64,000 nucleotides of DNA from a virus (Duplodnaviria > Caudoviricetes). Numbering within the stretch: position 1 is the stretch's first letter; every line of letters starts with the position of its first letter. Under the pieces are notes generated by a model. That model was not told the DNA's origin. It was given only the letters and a program-made list of their open reading frames with translations, and ran no database searches. Location of the stretch: IMG/VR virus record IMGVR_UViG_3300032285_001531, one strand, 5' to 3'. Of the stretch, positions 46,201 to 55,100 are shown one piece after another. The translations under genes were made by a program, and so were the position numbers.

Positions 46201-49200
46201 CTTGATCTAGATAATATATCGTTCTGTCCTAATTGACCTGTAGTGCCTAATCCCCATGCCCAAAGTGTAGTATCTGAACGTATCGCTGAACTATGACTTA
46301 TACCTGCATCTACTTGACTCCAACTACTTGTGCCTATTTGAACTGGCAATGATCTAATTACTGTATCACCAGTTCCCAATTGACCTATATTATTAGTTCC
46401 CCAACTGTATAAGCCGCCTCTAAACGAAATTGCAAGTCCGTGATTTATACCAACTGATACTTGCGTGTAGCTGCTTGCACCGGTACCAATTGATACAGGG
46501 CTTGATTTATTAGCTGAAGTGCCGTCACCGAGTTGCCAAGAAGTATTAAGTCCCCATGTAAATAATCTACCTATGGTATCAATTGCTGCAGTGAAACTTT
46601 GTCCTGCTGATACGATGCTCCAACTCGGAGTACCTGTTATTAATGTTGGAACAGATTTTAATACTACTGTAGTATCACCTAATTGTCCTACTGTGTTTGT
46701 TCCCCAAGTATATAATTTACCTGTTGCTGCTGTTATAGCTGCGCCATGATCTGTACCAGCAGATATTTTTGTCCAACTTAAAGTAGGACCATATACTTGT
46801 ACTAAGTTACTCTTGTTAACTGAAGTGCCATCACCTAAATTCCATGCAGTGTTTATACCTGCGGCCCATAGAGTGCCTTCACTACGTATTGCGAATGTTG
46901 TGTTATCGCCTGCACCAATTTGTGTATATGCACTCACACCACCTGTTGCCGCTCCTACTAATACTGGTATTGATCTGTTTAATGTATCCCCAGTTCCTAA
47001 TTGACCTGATGCATTGTTACCCCATGCAAATAACATACCGTCATTTCTTAGACCGACTGTATGTGATAAGCCGGATGCAATTTGTGACCATGAATTAAGA
47101 TTTGTGCCGATATCGGCCGCTTGACCCCAAGCATATAATTCACCTAATGAAGTAATTGCTGCGGCATGAGTGCCGCCTGCACTTACACTTGACCAACTCT
47201 TACCTAACCAGTTGCCAATGATAGTAGGACTTGAACGATTTAGTGTAGAGCCATCACCTAATTGATTCTGTGCGTTATTGCCCCACGAATACAATCTACT
47301 TGCTGATATAGCATAAGTTGAACTTATACTAGTAGCAACTGCAGTCCAACTACTTGAGCCTATTTGTACTGGACTTGAACGATTAGTTGCTGTGATACCG
47401 TCACCTAAACTACCAACTGCATCACTTCCCCATGCAAATAATCCACCGTCTGTTCTAATTGCATAAGAGAAGTTGCTACCTGCTGCAATAGTTGACCAGC
47501 TACTATTACCTACTTGAATAGGACTACTTTGATTAAATGTTGTGCCATCACCTACTTGACCACTACTGTTAAGACCCCATACATATAATTTACCATCATT
47601 ACGAATAGCCATGCTATGTGATACACCAGCAGCAACACTTGACCAGCTATTGAATGCACCAATTTGTGTTGGGCTTGAACGATTGATTGAGTCATTAGTT
47701 CCTAATTGTCCACTTGAATTAAGACCCCACGCAAATAATGCGCCGTCACTACGTATAGCCATTACATGTGATGCTGTTCCACCTTGACTTGATATTGATG
47801 TCCAACTCACTGGAAGTACAGCAACAAGTGCTGCATTAGGATTACCCCATGTCCATAGTGTATAATCTGAACGAACTGCAATACCATGATCAAATCCTGC
47901 TGCTACTGAAGTCCAACTACCTGATGTGATTTGAGAAGCACTTAAGTTTCTATCATATGTATTGACTGGATAACCAGTTTGATTTAAATTGTTTACACCC
48001 CAACCATATAATAAACCTGCGGTTGAAATACCCAATGTGTATGATGCACCTGCACTTACTTGACTCCATGAACCTGCATTTGATCCTATTTGCACAGGAC
48101 TTGATACATAAGGCCAGTTGCCTAATACAACTGCAACTGATCTATTTGTTACTGTAGTGCCATCACCTGCTTGACCATTAGTATTAATACCCCAATTAAA
48201 TAAACTGCCATCAGAACGAATTGCCCAACCATGCTGAGATGATCCTGCTGGTGCTTGATTAAATCTTAATGCTATTGCATTATTTGTAGTTGATACTGCT
48301 GGGTTTGATTTATTAACCGTTGTACCATCACCCAACCCACCGTTAGTGTTTAATCCCCATACTAATATTTTAAAACCAGTTGATGCTGCGGTTTGATCTG
48401 CGCCTGCTGCTAATGTTGTCCAGCTACCAATATAATCTGCTGTTAATACTTGTGTTGGTGTTGACCTATTAACTAAGTCATTCAAGCCTAATTGTCCACT
48501 TGCATTAAGACCCCAAGTATGTAATCTAAAATCTATTGTTGATGCAACAGCATGACTTGAACCTGCAGCTACTAATGTCCAACTACTAGAACCTATAAGT
48601 GTAGGTGCAGAACGATTTAATGTATCCCCTGTACCCAATTGACCTGCATTATTAAGTCCCCATGTATATAGGGTGCCTACATTAGTAATACCTGCTCTAA
48701 ATGTATGTCCTGTTGAAACTGCGTTCCAACTTAATGAACCGACTTGAGTTGGTATTGAACGTGTTAGTGCAGTACCGTCACCTACTTCACCTGATGTGCC
48801 TAATCCCCAACCAAACAATGCACCTGTTGATTTGATTGCATGTACTGTTGAACCACCTGCACTTACTGTAGTAAAGCTTGATGTGCTAAATGAGCCTGTT
48901 GCGGTTAATAATACTGGACTTGAACGATTAACTGAATCACCGGTACCTAACTGGAATGCATTATTAAGACCCCATGCATATATGATACCACTTGTGTTAA
49001 TAGCAGTAGTAAAGCTTGCACCCATTGATACTTGTGACCAGTTAGTTAATGCACCTACTTGCACCGGACTTGAACGACTTAATGTGTCACCTGCAACATT
49101 AACGTTTGTTAGTCCTAATTGACCTGCGTTGTTCAGTCCCCATGTCCATAATGTACCATCACTTCTTACAGCGGCTGATGAGTCTGACGATGTTGTTGCT

Positions 49201-52142
49201 GATATCCAGCTATTGTTCGTTGTACCATACGGACCTACTTGACCGTTAGTATTATTGCCCCAGCCCCATAATGTGCCGCCTAATTTAACAGCTAGTGCAT
49301 GATCGGCACCTGCAGTGATAGCTACCCAACTACTTGTACCAATTGCAGTAGGGCTTGAACGATTAACTGAATCACCAGTTCCTAGCTGATATACATTGTT
49401 GACACCCCATGCATACAATTTTTTATTTATATCTAGTGCTAACGAGAAGTCTTTGCCTGCAGCTACCAGTGACCAACTGCTTGTGCCTATTTGAATTGGA
49501 CTTGATCTGTTTAATGCTGCTTGATTATCACCAACTTGACCTGATGTACCTGTTCCCCATCCAAATAGTCCACCGTCACTACGCACGCCTAATGTATGAC
49601 TTGAACCGGCACTTAAACTAGCCCATGATTGCGGTTCTACTATAAGACCAACAGCACCTGAAAATCCCCATGTCCATAGTGAACCATCACTACGAATTGC
49701 AAGGGTATGTTCACGACCTGAACTAATTGCAGTCCAACTCCAGCCGGCAGCAACTTGCACTGGACTTGAACGATTAATCGTATCATTAACTCCTACTTGA
49801 CCTGAAGCATTAAGACCCCATGCATATAATGCACCTGTTGTGCTTATTGCAATACTAAATGAAAGTCCAGAAGCAGTTGTAGTCCAACTAGTGCTACCTG
49901 GTAAGATAGTATAATTAGACCTATTTACAACATCACCCAATCCTAATTGACCACCAGCATTACCACCAGTAACATACATTGCTCCTGAAGTACTTACTAA
50001 TAAAGTTTGATCTTCACCTGTAGATACTTGAGTAAATGATGTTGTAGCAGCACCTGTTATACTTGCTGCTAGTGTTGTGTAAATTAATAATGATGTACTT
50101 ACACTACTAAAAGTTGTGTTTACGTTTGCTGTACTTGGATATGCGGCTGCACTACCTGCACCTGAAATAGCTAATACTGCTTGAGTTGGTGGAGTAAACG
50201 TTCCTGAATAAACACCTGCACCGTTAACTATACGAAGGTTAGACAAATATCCACCTAAATAATAACCTGATGCAGTATAACCACCAATTGAAGGAGTTGT
50301 TGTAACTGTCCAGTTATTTGTATCAGTGAAAGCTAATTTCACTACCCCGTTTACAAATATGCGTGTATCATTTGTACCAGTAGTTACTCTACTAACTGCA
50401 ACGTGTGTCCATGTATTGAATGGAACATCGCCTGCATTTGTTTGTGCTACTGCACCAACAGCATATACACCTAAGTAAATATAACCAGTTGCATGTATTA
50501 AGAATTCAAATGCATTAGTTGCATTGCCAGCTTCAAATATTGCTCCCCAGGTTGGACTAATTGCTCGTAAGTATACCCATGTTTCAACTGTGTATGGATT
50601 TGTTCCAAATGCAAATGATGCGTTACTTGGTGTAGTCAAATAGTTAGCAACACCACTAAAATATCCAGATACTGCACCTGTTACTGGTACAATTGAAGTG
50701 CTTACAGTAGTGCCAAATCTAGTTATAGTATTTGTAGATGCTGTACTAACATCAACTACAGTAAAGTTTGCAGCTACTTGCACTGGCATTGATTTAGTTA
50801 CTACTGAATTATCTCCGCCTGCACCTTGTCCGTTATAACCCCAAACATATGCTGCACCATTAACATCAATAGCTGCGCTGTGCGTTTGTCCTGCTGCAAC
50901 TTGTGTGTAGCTACTCATGTATGATGCTAATGTAGGGCTTGTTCTGTTTGTTGCGTCATTAACACCCAATTGACCAAAGTTATTTAATCCCCAACTCCAT
51001 AATTTGCCAGTTAATTTATCAACTGCTAGTGTATGTGACATACCTGAAGCAACTGCAGTCCATGATATTGGTTGAACATATAACGCAACAGCAGCACCTT
51101 CACCCCATAACCATAGTGAACTGTCTTGCTTTATACCTGCAGAATGTGTATATGTTGCTGCTATATTTGTCCAACTACTACCTAATCCTATTTGAACTGG
51201 TAATGAGCGTGATGATACAGGGGCGAATAAACCTGCACCATCCATTGTACCTAATTGATTACTTGTGTTTAATCCCCAGCCATACATTTTACCTAAACTA
51301 TCTAAACCTAATGCATAACTGAATCCTGCGGCTATCTGTGACCAACTAACAGAAGGACTTGTGACTTGAACTGGACTACTTCTATTAATTGCATCATTAA
51401 GTGCTAGTTGACCGGATCCATTATTTCCCCATACAAACAATGAACCGTCTGCCTTAAGACCATATGTAGAATTGTTGCCTAAATAAATTTGATTCCATGA
51501 ACCGGCTACTTGAATTGGGCTGCTTCTACTTATTGTAGTACCATCACCAAATTGCCCTGAACTATTAGTTCCCCACATCCATAAGGTGCCATCTGACCTA
51601 ATTGCTGCTGCATGACTTGCATAACTTCCATTACCAGGAAGTTTTGCATATCCTGATCCTAATAATACAGGACTACTTCTGTTTGTTGTTGCACCAATAC
51701 CTGTTGCACCACTTGTGCCACCGCCCCATGCGAATAATCTATTATCTGATGTTATTGCTAATGTATAATATAAACCTGCGTATACTTGTGTCCATGAACT
51801 TATTGTAGTGCCTGAAGCTACTGGAAGTGCTAATGGATTTCCCCATGCATATAACGTGCCATCTGATTTAATTGCTAATGAATGATCTGTACCTGATTTA
51901 ACTTGGGTGAAACTAGTTCCTGTTAATAATTGAACAGGCGTTGATTTGCTGATTGTAGTAGCATCACCTACTTGACCTGATGTGTTAAGACCCCAGCCAT
52001 ATAATGCGTTAGTAGATTGAACTGCAGTTGTGAAATTATTACCTGCACTTACTTGAGTGTAGGAACTTGATCCAACTTGATTTGGACTAATATTATAATA
52101 AGGAGTAACATTTCCTATTATGGTGGGTAACGATCTTGGCAT
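40251..52142 (-). CDS. Giant RCC1/BLIP-II-type beta-propeller repeat protein (3963 aa) with five LamG/concanavalin-like inserts; putative virion adhesin
   Basis: Dozens of ~50-aa repeats (W..VSAG..H..AI...G.L..WG.N..GQLG....RSSP.Q.G). LamG cores FTVETW / FTIEAW / FTMELW / FTIELF / FTIEAW with W.H.A...NG...NLRI. Confidence 0.85.
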   Translation of the reverse strand: MPRSLPTIIGNVTPYYNISPNQVGSSSYTQVSAGNNFTTAVQSTNALYGWGLNTSGQVGDATTISKSTPVQLLTGTSFTQVKSGTDHSLAIKSDGTLYAWGNPLALPVASGTTISSWTQVYAGLYYTLAITSDNRLFAWGGGTSGATGIGATTNRSSPVLLGSGYAKLPGNGSYASHAAAIRSDGTLWMWGTNSSGQFGDGTTISRSSPIQVAGSWNQIYLGNNSTYGLKADGSLFVWGNNGSGQLALNDAINRSSPVQVTSPSVSWSQIAAGFSYALGLDSLGKMYGWGLNTSNQLGTMDGAGLFAPVSSRSLPVQIGLGSSWTNIAATYTHSAGIKQDSSLWLWGEGAAVALYVQPISWTAVASGMSHTLAVDKLTGKLWSWGLNNFGQLGVNDATNRTSPTLASYMSSYTQVAAGQTHSAAIDVNGAAYVWGYNGQGAGGDNSVVTKSMPVQVAANFTVVDVSTASTNTITRFGTTVSTSIVPVTGAVSGYFSGVANYLTTPSNASFAFGTNPYTVETWVYLRAISPTWGAIFEAGNATNAFEFLIHATGYIYLGVYAVGAVAQTNAGDVPFNTWTHVAVSRVTTGTNDTRIFVNGVVKLAFTDTNNWTVTTTPSIGGYTASGYYLGGYLSNLRIVNGAGVYSGTFTPPTQAVLAISGAGSAAAYPSTANVNTTFSSVSTSLLIYTTLAASITGAATTSFTQVSTGEDQTLLVSTSGAMYVTGGNAGGQLGLGDVVNRSNYTILPGSTSWTTTASGLSFSIAISTTGALYAWGLNASGQVGVNDTINRSSPVQVAAGWSWTAISSGREHTLAIRSDGSLWTWGFSGAVGLIVEPQSWASLSAGSSHTLGVRSDGGLFGWGTGTSGQVGDNQAALNRSSPIQIGTSSWSLVAAGKDFSLALDINKKLYAWGVNNVYQLGTGDSVNRSSPTAIGTSSWVAITAGADHALAVKLGGTLWGWGNNTNGQVGPYGTTNNSWISATTSSDSSAAVRSDGTLWTWGLNNAGQLGLTNVNVAGDTLSRSSPVQVGALTNWSQVSMGASFTTAINTSGIIYAWGLNNAFQLGTGDSVNRSSPVLLTATGSFSTSSFTTVSAGGSTVHAIKSTGALFGWGLGTSGEVGDGTALTRSIPTQVGSLSWNAVSTGHTFRAGITNVGTLYTWGLNNAGQLGTGDTLNRSAPTLIGSSSWTLVAAGSSHAVASTIDFRLHTWGLNASGQLGLNDLVNRSTPTQVLTADYIGSWTTLAAGADQTAASTGFKILVWGLNTNGGLGDGTTVNKSNPAVSTTNNAIALRFNQAPAGSSQHGWAIRSDGSLFNWGINTNGQAGDGTTVTNRSVAVVLGNWPYVSSPVQIGSNAGSWSQVSAGASYTLGISTAGLLYGWGVNNLNQTGYPVNTYDRNLSASQITSGSWTSVAAGFDHGIAVRSDYTLWTWGNPNAALVAVLPVSWTSISSQGGTASHVMAIRSDGALFAWGLNSSGQLGTNDSINRSSPTQIGAFNSWSSVAAGVSHSMAIRNDGKLYVWGLNSSGQVGDGTTFNQSSPIQVGNSSWSTIAAGSNFSYAIRTDGGLFAWGSDAVGSLGDGITATNRSSPVQIGSSSWTAVATSISSTYAISASRLYSWGNNAQNQLGDGSTLNRSSPTIIGNWLGKSWSSVSAGGTHAAAITSLGELYAWGQAADIGTNLNSWSQIASGLSHTVGLRNDGMLFAWGNNASGQLGTGDTLNRSIPVLVGAATGGVSAYTQIGAGDNTTFAIRSEGTLWAAGINTAWNLGDGTSVNKSNLVQVYGPTLSWTKISAGTDHGAAITAATGKLYTWGTNTVGQLGDTTVVLKSVPTLITGTPSWSIVSAGQSFTAAIDTIGRLFTWGLNTSWQLGDGTSANKSSPVSIGTGASSYTQVSVGINHGLAISFRGGLYSWGTNNIGQLGTGDTVIRSLPVQIGTSSWSQVDAGISHSSAIRSDTTLWAWGLGTTGQLGQNDILSRSSPVQIGYGSNWTAVNAGGSWTGALNNSNLMNWGLGTSGQLGDSTIISKSFPLQVGSVTFTGTAVPSKVDNYSYTQVTAGTSYTLARLASTNGLYGWGVNSSGQLGDNTTAFRVIPSTVGTTVSFTDATGLNTLTGVGGAYPVPINPFSAPYNDTSVYGGSIRFVGTKSSATAGYVSMPAINSYIIPTANTPFTIEAWIFQIPDVPGVAIGGVIFCEQNVISPAGPTNLIFALTAQADIGTYGQVSQSADPFVSFGWYAVATGFTTAATSTVRVSPGQWYHVAAVFTGSTSKIFINGIDVTYSGALNTPATSWGVVGTAGDGLWYIAVPRDTSNTSTFYAGLISNLRWVIGTAVYTTNFTPSANPLTITQSANVNGNPSAAIASGTVLLAAKDILSPRAVSNVAAVNTTSYAVDTSRRAYVWGVNNAGLLGDQSVLSSRSSATQLGTSFTGVNNGTGSPVLVVAAGTSWSLVSAGTSFSAATTTDKVLYNWGLNSSGQLADNTVIAKSAPVLLGTVLADASSQKAAVSPVVGAPAVSATFGPVSGGFSESLSGTTQMFGFATGYTSVYNWSAGQDFTMELWAYPTNTNARTLVNFGTYIDSYVAEFLLTITNTYVDIWISGGSTSSATQYQAFYPSSTSLTANAWNHIALVRYNNNLTAYLNGVAGVSVSAPGAAQPGSLSPSPGQSDLGMWFGIDRTNWTTPNNNLYFAGYMSNIRYNKGTAVYTGNFTTPTLANLATTGAGSAAAYPSTTNVNTTFAASTTFMLLLVPASITGYNFNLISAGATHFTSVTTGNLLYAWGSNSAGSQLGDASIISKSSPVLIGNSNFINAGTGLPVRVNFGITESWAGVAAGWSQSLGLTTTGKLYTWGYNAQGQLGNNSVTSRSIPSQVGVRIFDSYNQGRTLTSSYTQVAAGSYQQFALSSDSTLWGWGQNNVGQLGTTFTNNLSNPTQLGFGQTQGVSQYAGSPIQLTALGQNIPQSWSQVSVGQSITGAVSTNNVVYVWGANNYIARGVSGASIPVRPGTLNGKDIVLAQVSDKSGNYTVSASGTGQYPFAWDFVTATMPASPFAAPYNDVYIYGGAFYAFLDNTNYKALVTTASASAQSISTGDFTIELFALVDGGISGGGRLIDQAQPTPLMYINTGGTSGTYTIAVTNATFPTQPNVWYHMAWTRQSGVEYLYMNGTYVGTYTGVVNDYNTLATMWIGYDAYNGTGGNSRFISNLRIVKGLAVYTGTSSFTPPSSPLSVISGSGYSTQLLACQDLPLTTMVSNTTQVSTGQAHFFTKNTTSQLWAWGYSLDGRVGFNNAFNPVSWPNTLGSQLNTDTLSPVLAAAGSFTQLAAGQSFSGAINTSGSLFMWGLNNAGQMGQNDVVTRSSPTQLGTTTSWSQVAAGGSTAFARNSAGSIYIWGLNTNSNFGLMNFSNTSNNRSSPVVVGNFYIAVNQSSPIQIGTGSWKQVSAGASFTAAIKSSDSSLWMWGLNSSGQLGKGSVITFSSSTQIGTSSYTQVSAGNDHTLAIFSSGTLGSWGNNAQGQLGIGTTVNRTTIGPLAAAFQSLSWTNISAGLSYSLAVDATGYLYGWGIGTSGQLGDTTAISKSSPVLVSTKRTNFADTSTNNTLTAVGNAYIGGVNPFSSPYNATATYGGCGAFDGTGDYITTPVSSNNSGFGTSDFTIEAWIYPSAAATNITLVSSNYSYGTGAGNWGFYFGVGSASTMYFNSGAANTGATHASSTTVTITARTWTHIAYVRGSGIGRFFVNGTKLGTDVSDTSNYSSTAGTLYIGSMADGTYQMNGFISNLRITNGIAVYTGNFTVPTIPLTLYQDFGTNISAINGSQVTLLALQDNTTSGTIFNSMAAGWGTNSGSISNDKLLYVWGSDGLGIGLAQGAAAGGLLRSNPTLMGNVYAMSNIYSPMQVGTGTWLAVSAGTSYTVGIDTNYRLWAWGNNSIGQLGDKTIISKSSPVQIGYNEWNSISAGLSHTAGLTKTS

Positions 52143-55100
52143 TTATATTCCTATTTGTCCTGTTGAATCCTGGCCCCAACCATAAAATGTTCCATTTGAA
52201 TCTCTTGCTAATGAGAAGCCAGAACCCTTGCCTGCTTCTACTTGACTCCAACTACCTGATGCAATTTGTACAGGTGATACAATATTAATTTTATATCCTA
52301 ATATCACTGGACTAGACCTTGCATAAGTTGTTCCTTCACCTTGTTGTCCACTAGCACTTGTTCCCCATATATATAACGTTGCGTTATTATTTATCGCTGC
52401 AGAACCACCGATAGCAGTCCATGAAGTTGCTGTGCCTAATTGAGTTGGTACTGATATCGCTACACCTAATTGTCCTGTTTCATAAGTTGCTGCACCACCC
52501 CATGTATATAGGGCATAGTTACCTGCAAGTGCGGTAGTTATTCCCATGCCCCATGAACTACCTGCTGTTATCTGACTAAAGCTTGCAGTGGCAGCAGCAT
52601 TAGTAAGAACAGGGCTTGAACGAGCAATTAAATCAAATCTTCCAAGCTGATATCCACCGTTATCTCCCCATGAATATAATGCACTTGTAGTTGCTAGAAT
52701 ACCATATGTAAATGATAATGTAGCTTGTACTTGACTCCAACTTGAAGTTGCACCAATTATTACAGGGCTTGAATATGTTGCAACATTACCTATGCCCAAT
52801 TGTCCTGAAGCATTATTACCCCATGCTACTAATCTATAGTTAGTATCAATTGCTGTTTGATATGATTGTCCTGCACTTACTGAAGTATAACTACTTGTAC
52901 CTATTCTAGCAGGTAGATATTGATTAGTTGAAAGTGAACCTGCTGCACCGGTAGTTGTACCTATATTAACTGGACTACTTCTACTTTGTACATCACCCAC
53001 ACCTGTTTGTCCTGCATTACCGTTGCCCCATGTATATAATAATCCTAAACTAGATAATGCAGCCATGTGATCACCTGAATTGGCTCCTGTTGCTAGAGTA
53101 GAAAAGTTTACTGCTGCTAATACTTGTACAGGAATACTTCTGTTAACAGCAGTGTTAAAGCCTGTTTCACCATTTGTACCTAATCCCCATGCAAATAGAG
53201 TGCCATCTGTTTTTAGTGCTGCACTAATTCCGTTACCTGCTAAAACTTGACTATAACCACTTACACCCACGTTGATTTGTGTTGGGCTACTTCTACTTGC
53301 AGCAGTACCATATCCTAATTCACCGTTTACACCATTGCCCCATGCATATAAAGTGCCATCACTTCTAACTCCAACTGCATGAGTCATTCCTGCTGCTACT
53401 GCACTCCATAATCCTGTGCCTATTTGTACGGGAGAAGAACGATTAACTGTAGGGTCGCCGACAATACCAGCAGTATTATATAAACCTAATCTTCCGAATT
53501 GACCGGCACCAAATCCAAATAGTCTACCTGTACTATCAATTGCTAGTGAGAAGCTTTGTCCTGCACTTACTACAGACCAATTACTTAAACCTATTGGCGT
53601 TGGACTTGAATATGATGCAGCATTACCCTGACCTAATTCACCTGATGATCCTAATCCCCATGCATACAGTAATCCAGAAGTATCAATTGCTAGAGCATGT
53701 ATACCACCACCTGAAACTTTTGACCATGTTATTGAAGGTATAGTAACTTGTGTTGGACTGGATCTAAAAACACCATCCCTTAGTCCTAGTTGACCTGCAC
53801 CATTGCTTCCCCATGTCCATAGGGTACCATCGGGTTTAATAGCCAATGTAAATCCACCGCCTGCACTTATTGCACTCCAACTACTATTACCTACTTGATT
53901 TGGACTACTCCTACTTAATGTTGTACCATCACCTAATTGTCCACCTGTGTTACTTCCCCATGTGAACAATTTACCATCATTGCGAATACCAACAGTGTGT
54001 GAACCTCCTACAGAAATTGATGTCCATGACCAAATAATATTTTGTGTTGGCACAGTAGTGCCCCAGTAAAATAATTTTCCATAAGTGTCAATTCCTGAAC
54101 TGTGTTGGGATCCTGCACTAATAGCTGACCAACTATCACCTGCTGAAATTTGAACTGGACTTGAACGATTAATACTATCTGCGGCACCTAAACCTAATTG
54201 CCAGTTTGCATTACTGCCCCATCCCCATAATGTACCATCTGATTTAACAGCAAGTGTATGACTTGCACCTAAACTAATTTGTGAGTAATTACTTAATCCA
54301 CCTACTTGTACTGGACTACTTCTATTTGCACTATCGCCTACACCTAACTGACCAACTGCGTTATTTCCCCATGTCCATAGGGAACCATCGCTGCGTATTG
54401 CGGCAACATGTGTAATACCTGCAGTGGCATTGATTGCCATTTTTACTTGAGTCCATGAGTACAAACTACCTGCTGCTGGTATATATCCTACTTGACCTAC
54501 ATCATTTGCACCCCAGCCCCATATTGTGCCGTTTGTTTGTATTCCTAAGCTATGTGATATACCTGCACTTATTGAACTCCAGTTTGTTCCTGGTGCGGGA
54601 ACTTGTACTGGACTTGATGTATTCACCCCTGCTGGTACACTTGTCCATATACCTAATTGTCCATCACTATTTTTACCCCATGCCCATAATGTACCATCTG
54701 ATTTAACTGCAAGAGTATGACTATACCCCATGCTAATCTGACTCCAACTTGTACCAGTTGCTACTTGTACAGGATATGATTGATTTAAAACATTAGATAC
54801 TTGCGCTAATTGACCGCCAGTGCCTGTACCCCATACCCATAATCTACCTAGACTATCAACTGCACCGCTAGTGCTTAATCCTAAACTAACTTGGGTATAA
54901 CTGCTAGTACCTGATACAATTTGAGTAGGGCTTGATTTATTAACTGAAGTTCCATCACCTAATTGCCAACTACTATTTTGTCCCCACACAAATAATTGAC
55001 CTGCTGCATTAATACCTGAACTATGACTTGAACCTGCACTTATACTTGTATATAATATTGGACCACCTGAAATACTTGCTCCTGGTGTAGTATACAATAA

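Noticed and set aside
52143-52145. Stop-codon reassignment (TAA read as an amino acid) to explain the in-frame stop
   Set aside because: TAA ends many clear genes here (pqqA, nrdB, rubrerythrin), long genes have no other internal stops, and none of the five tRNAs is a suppressor.
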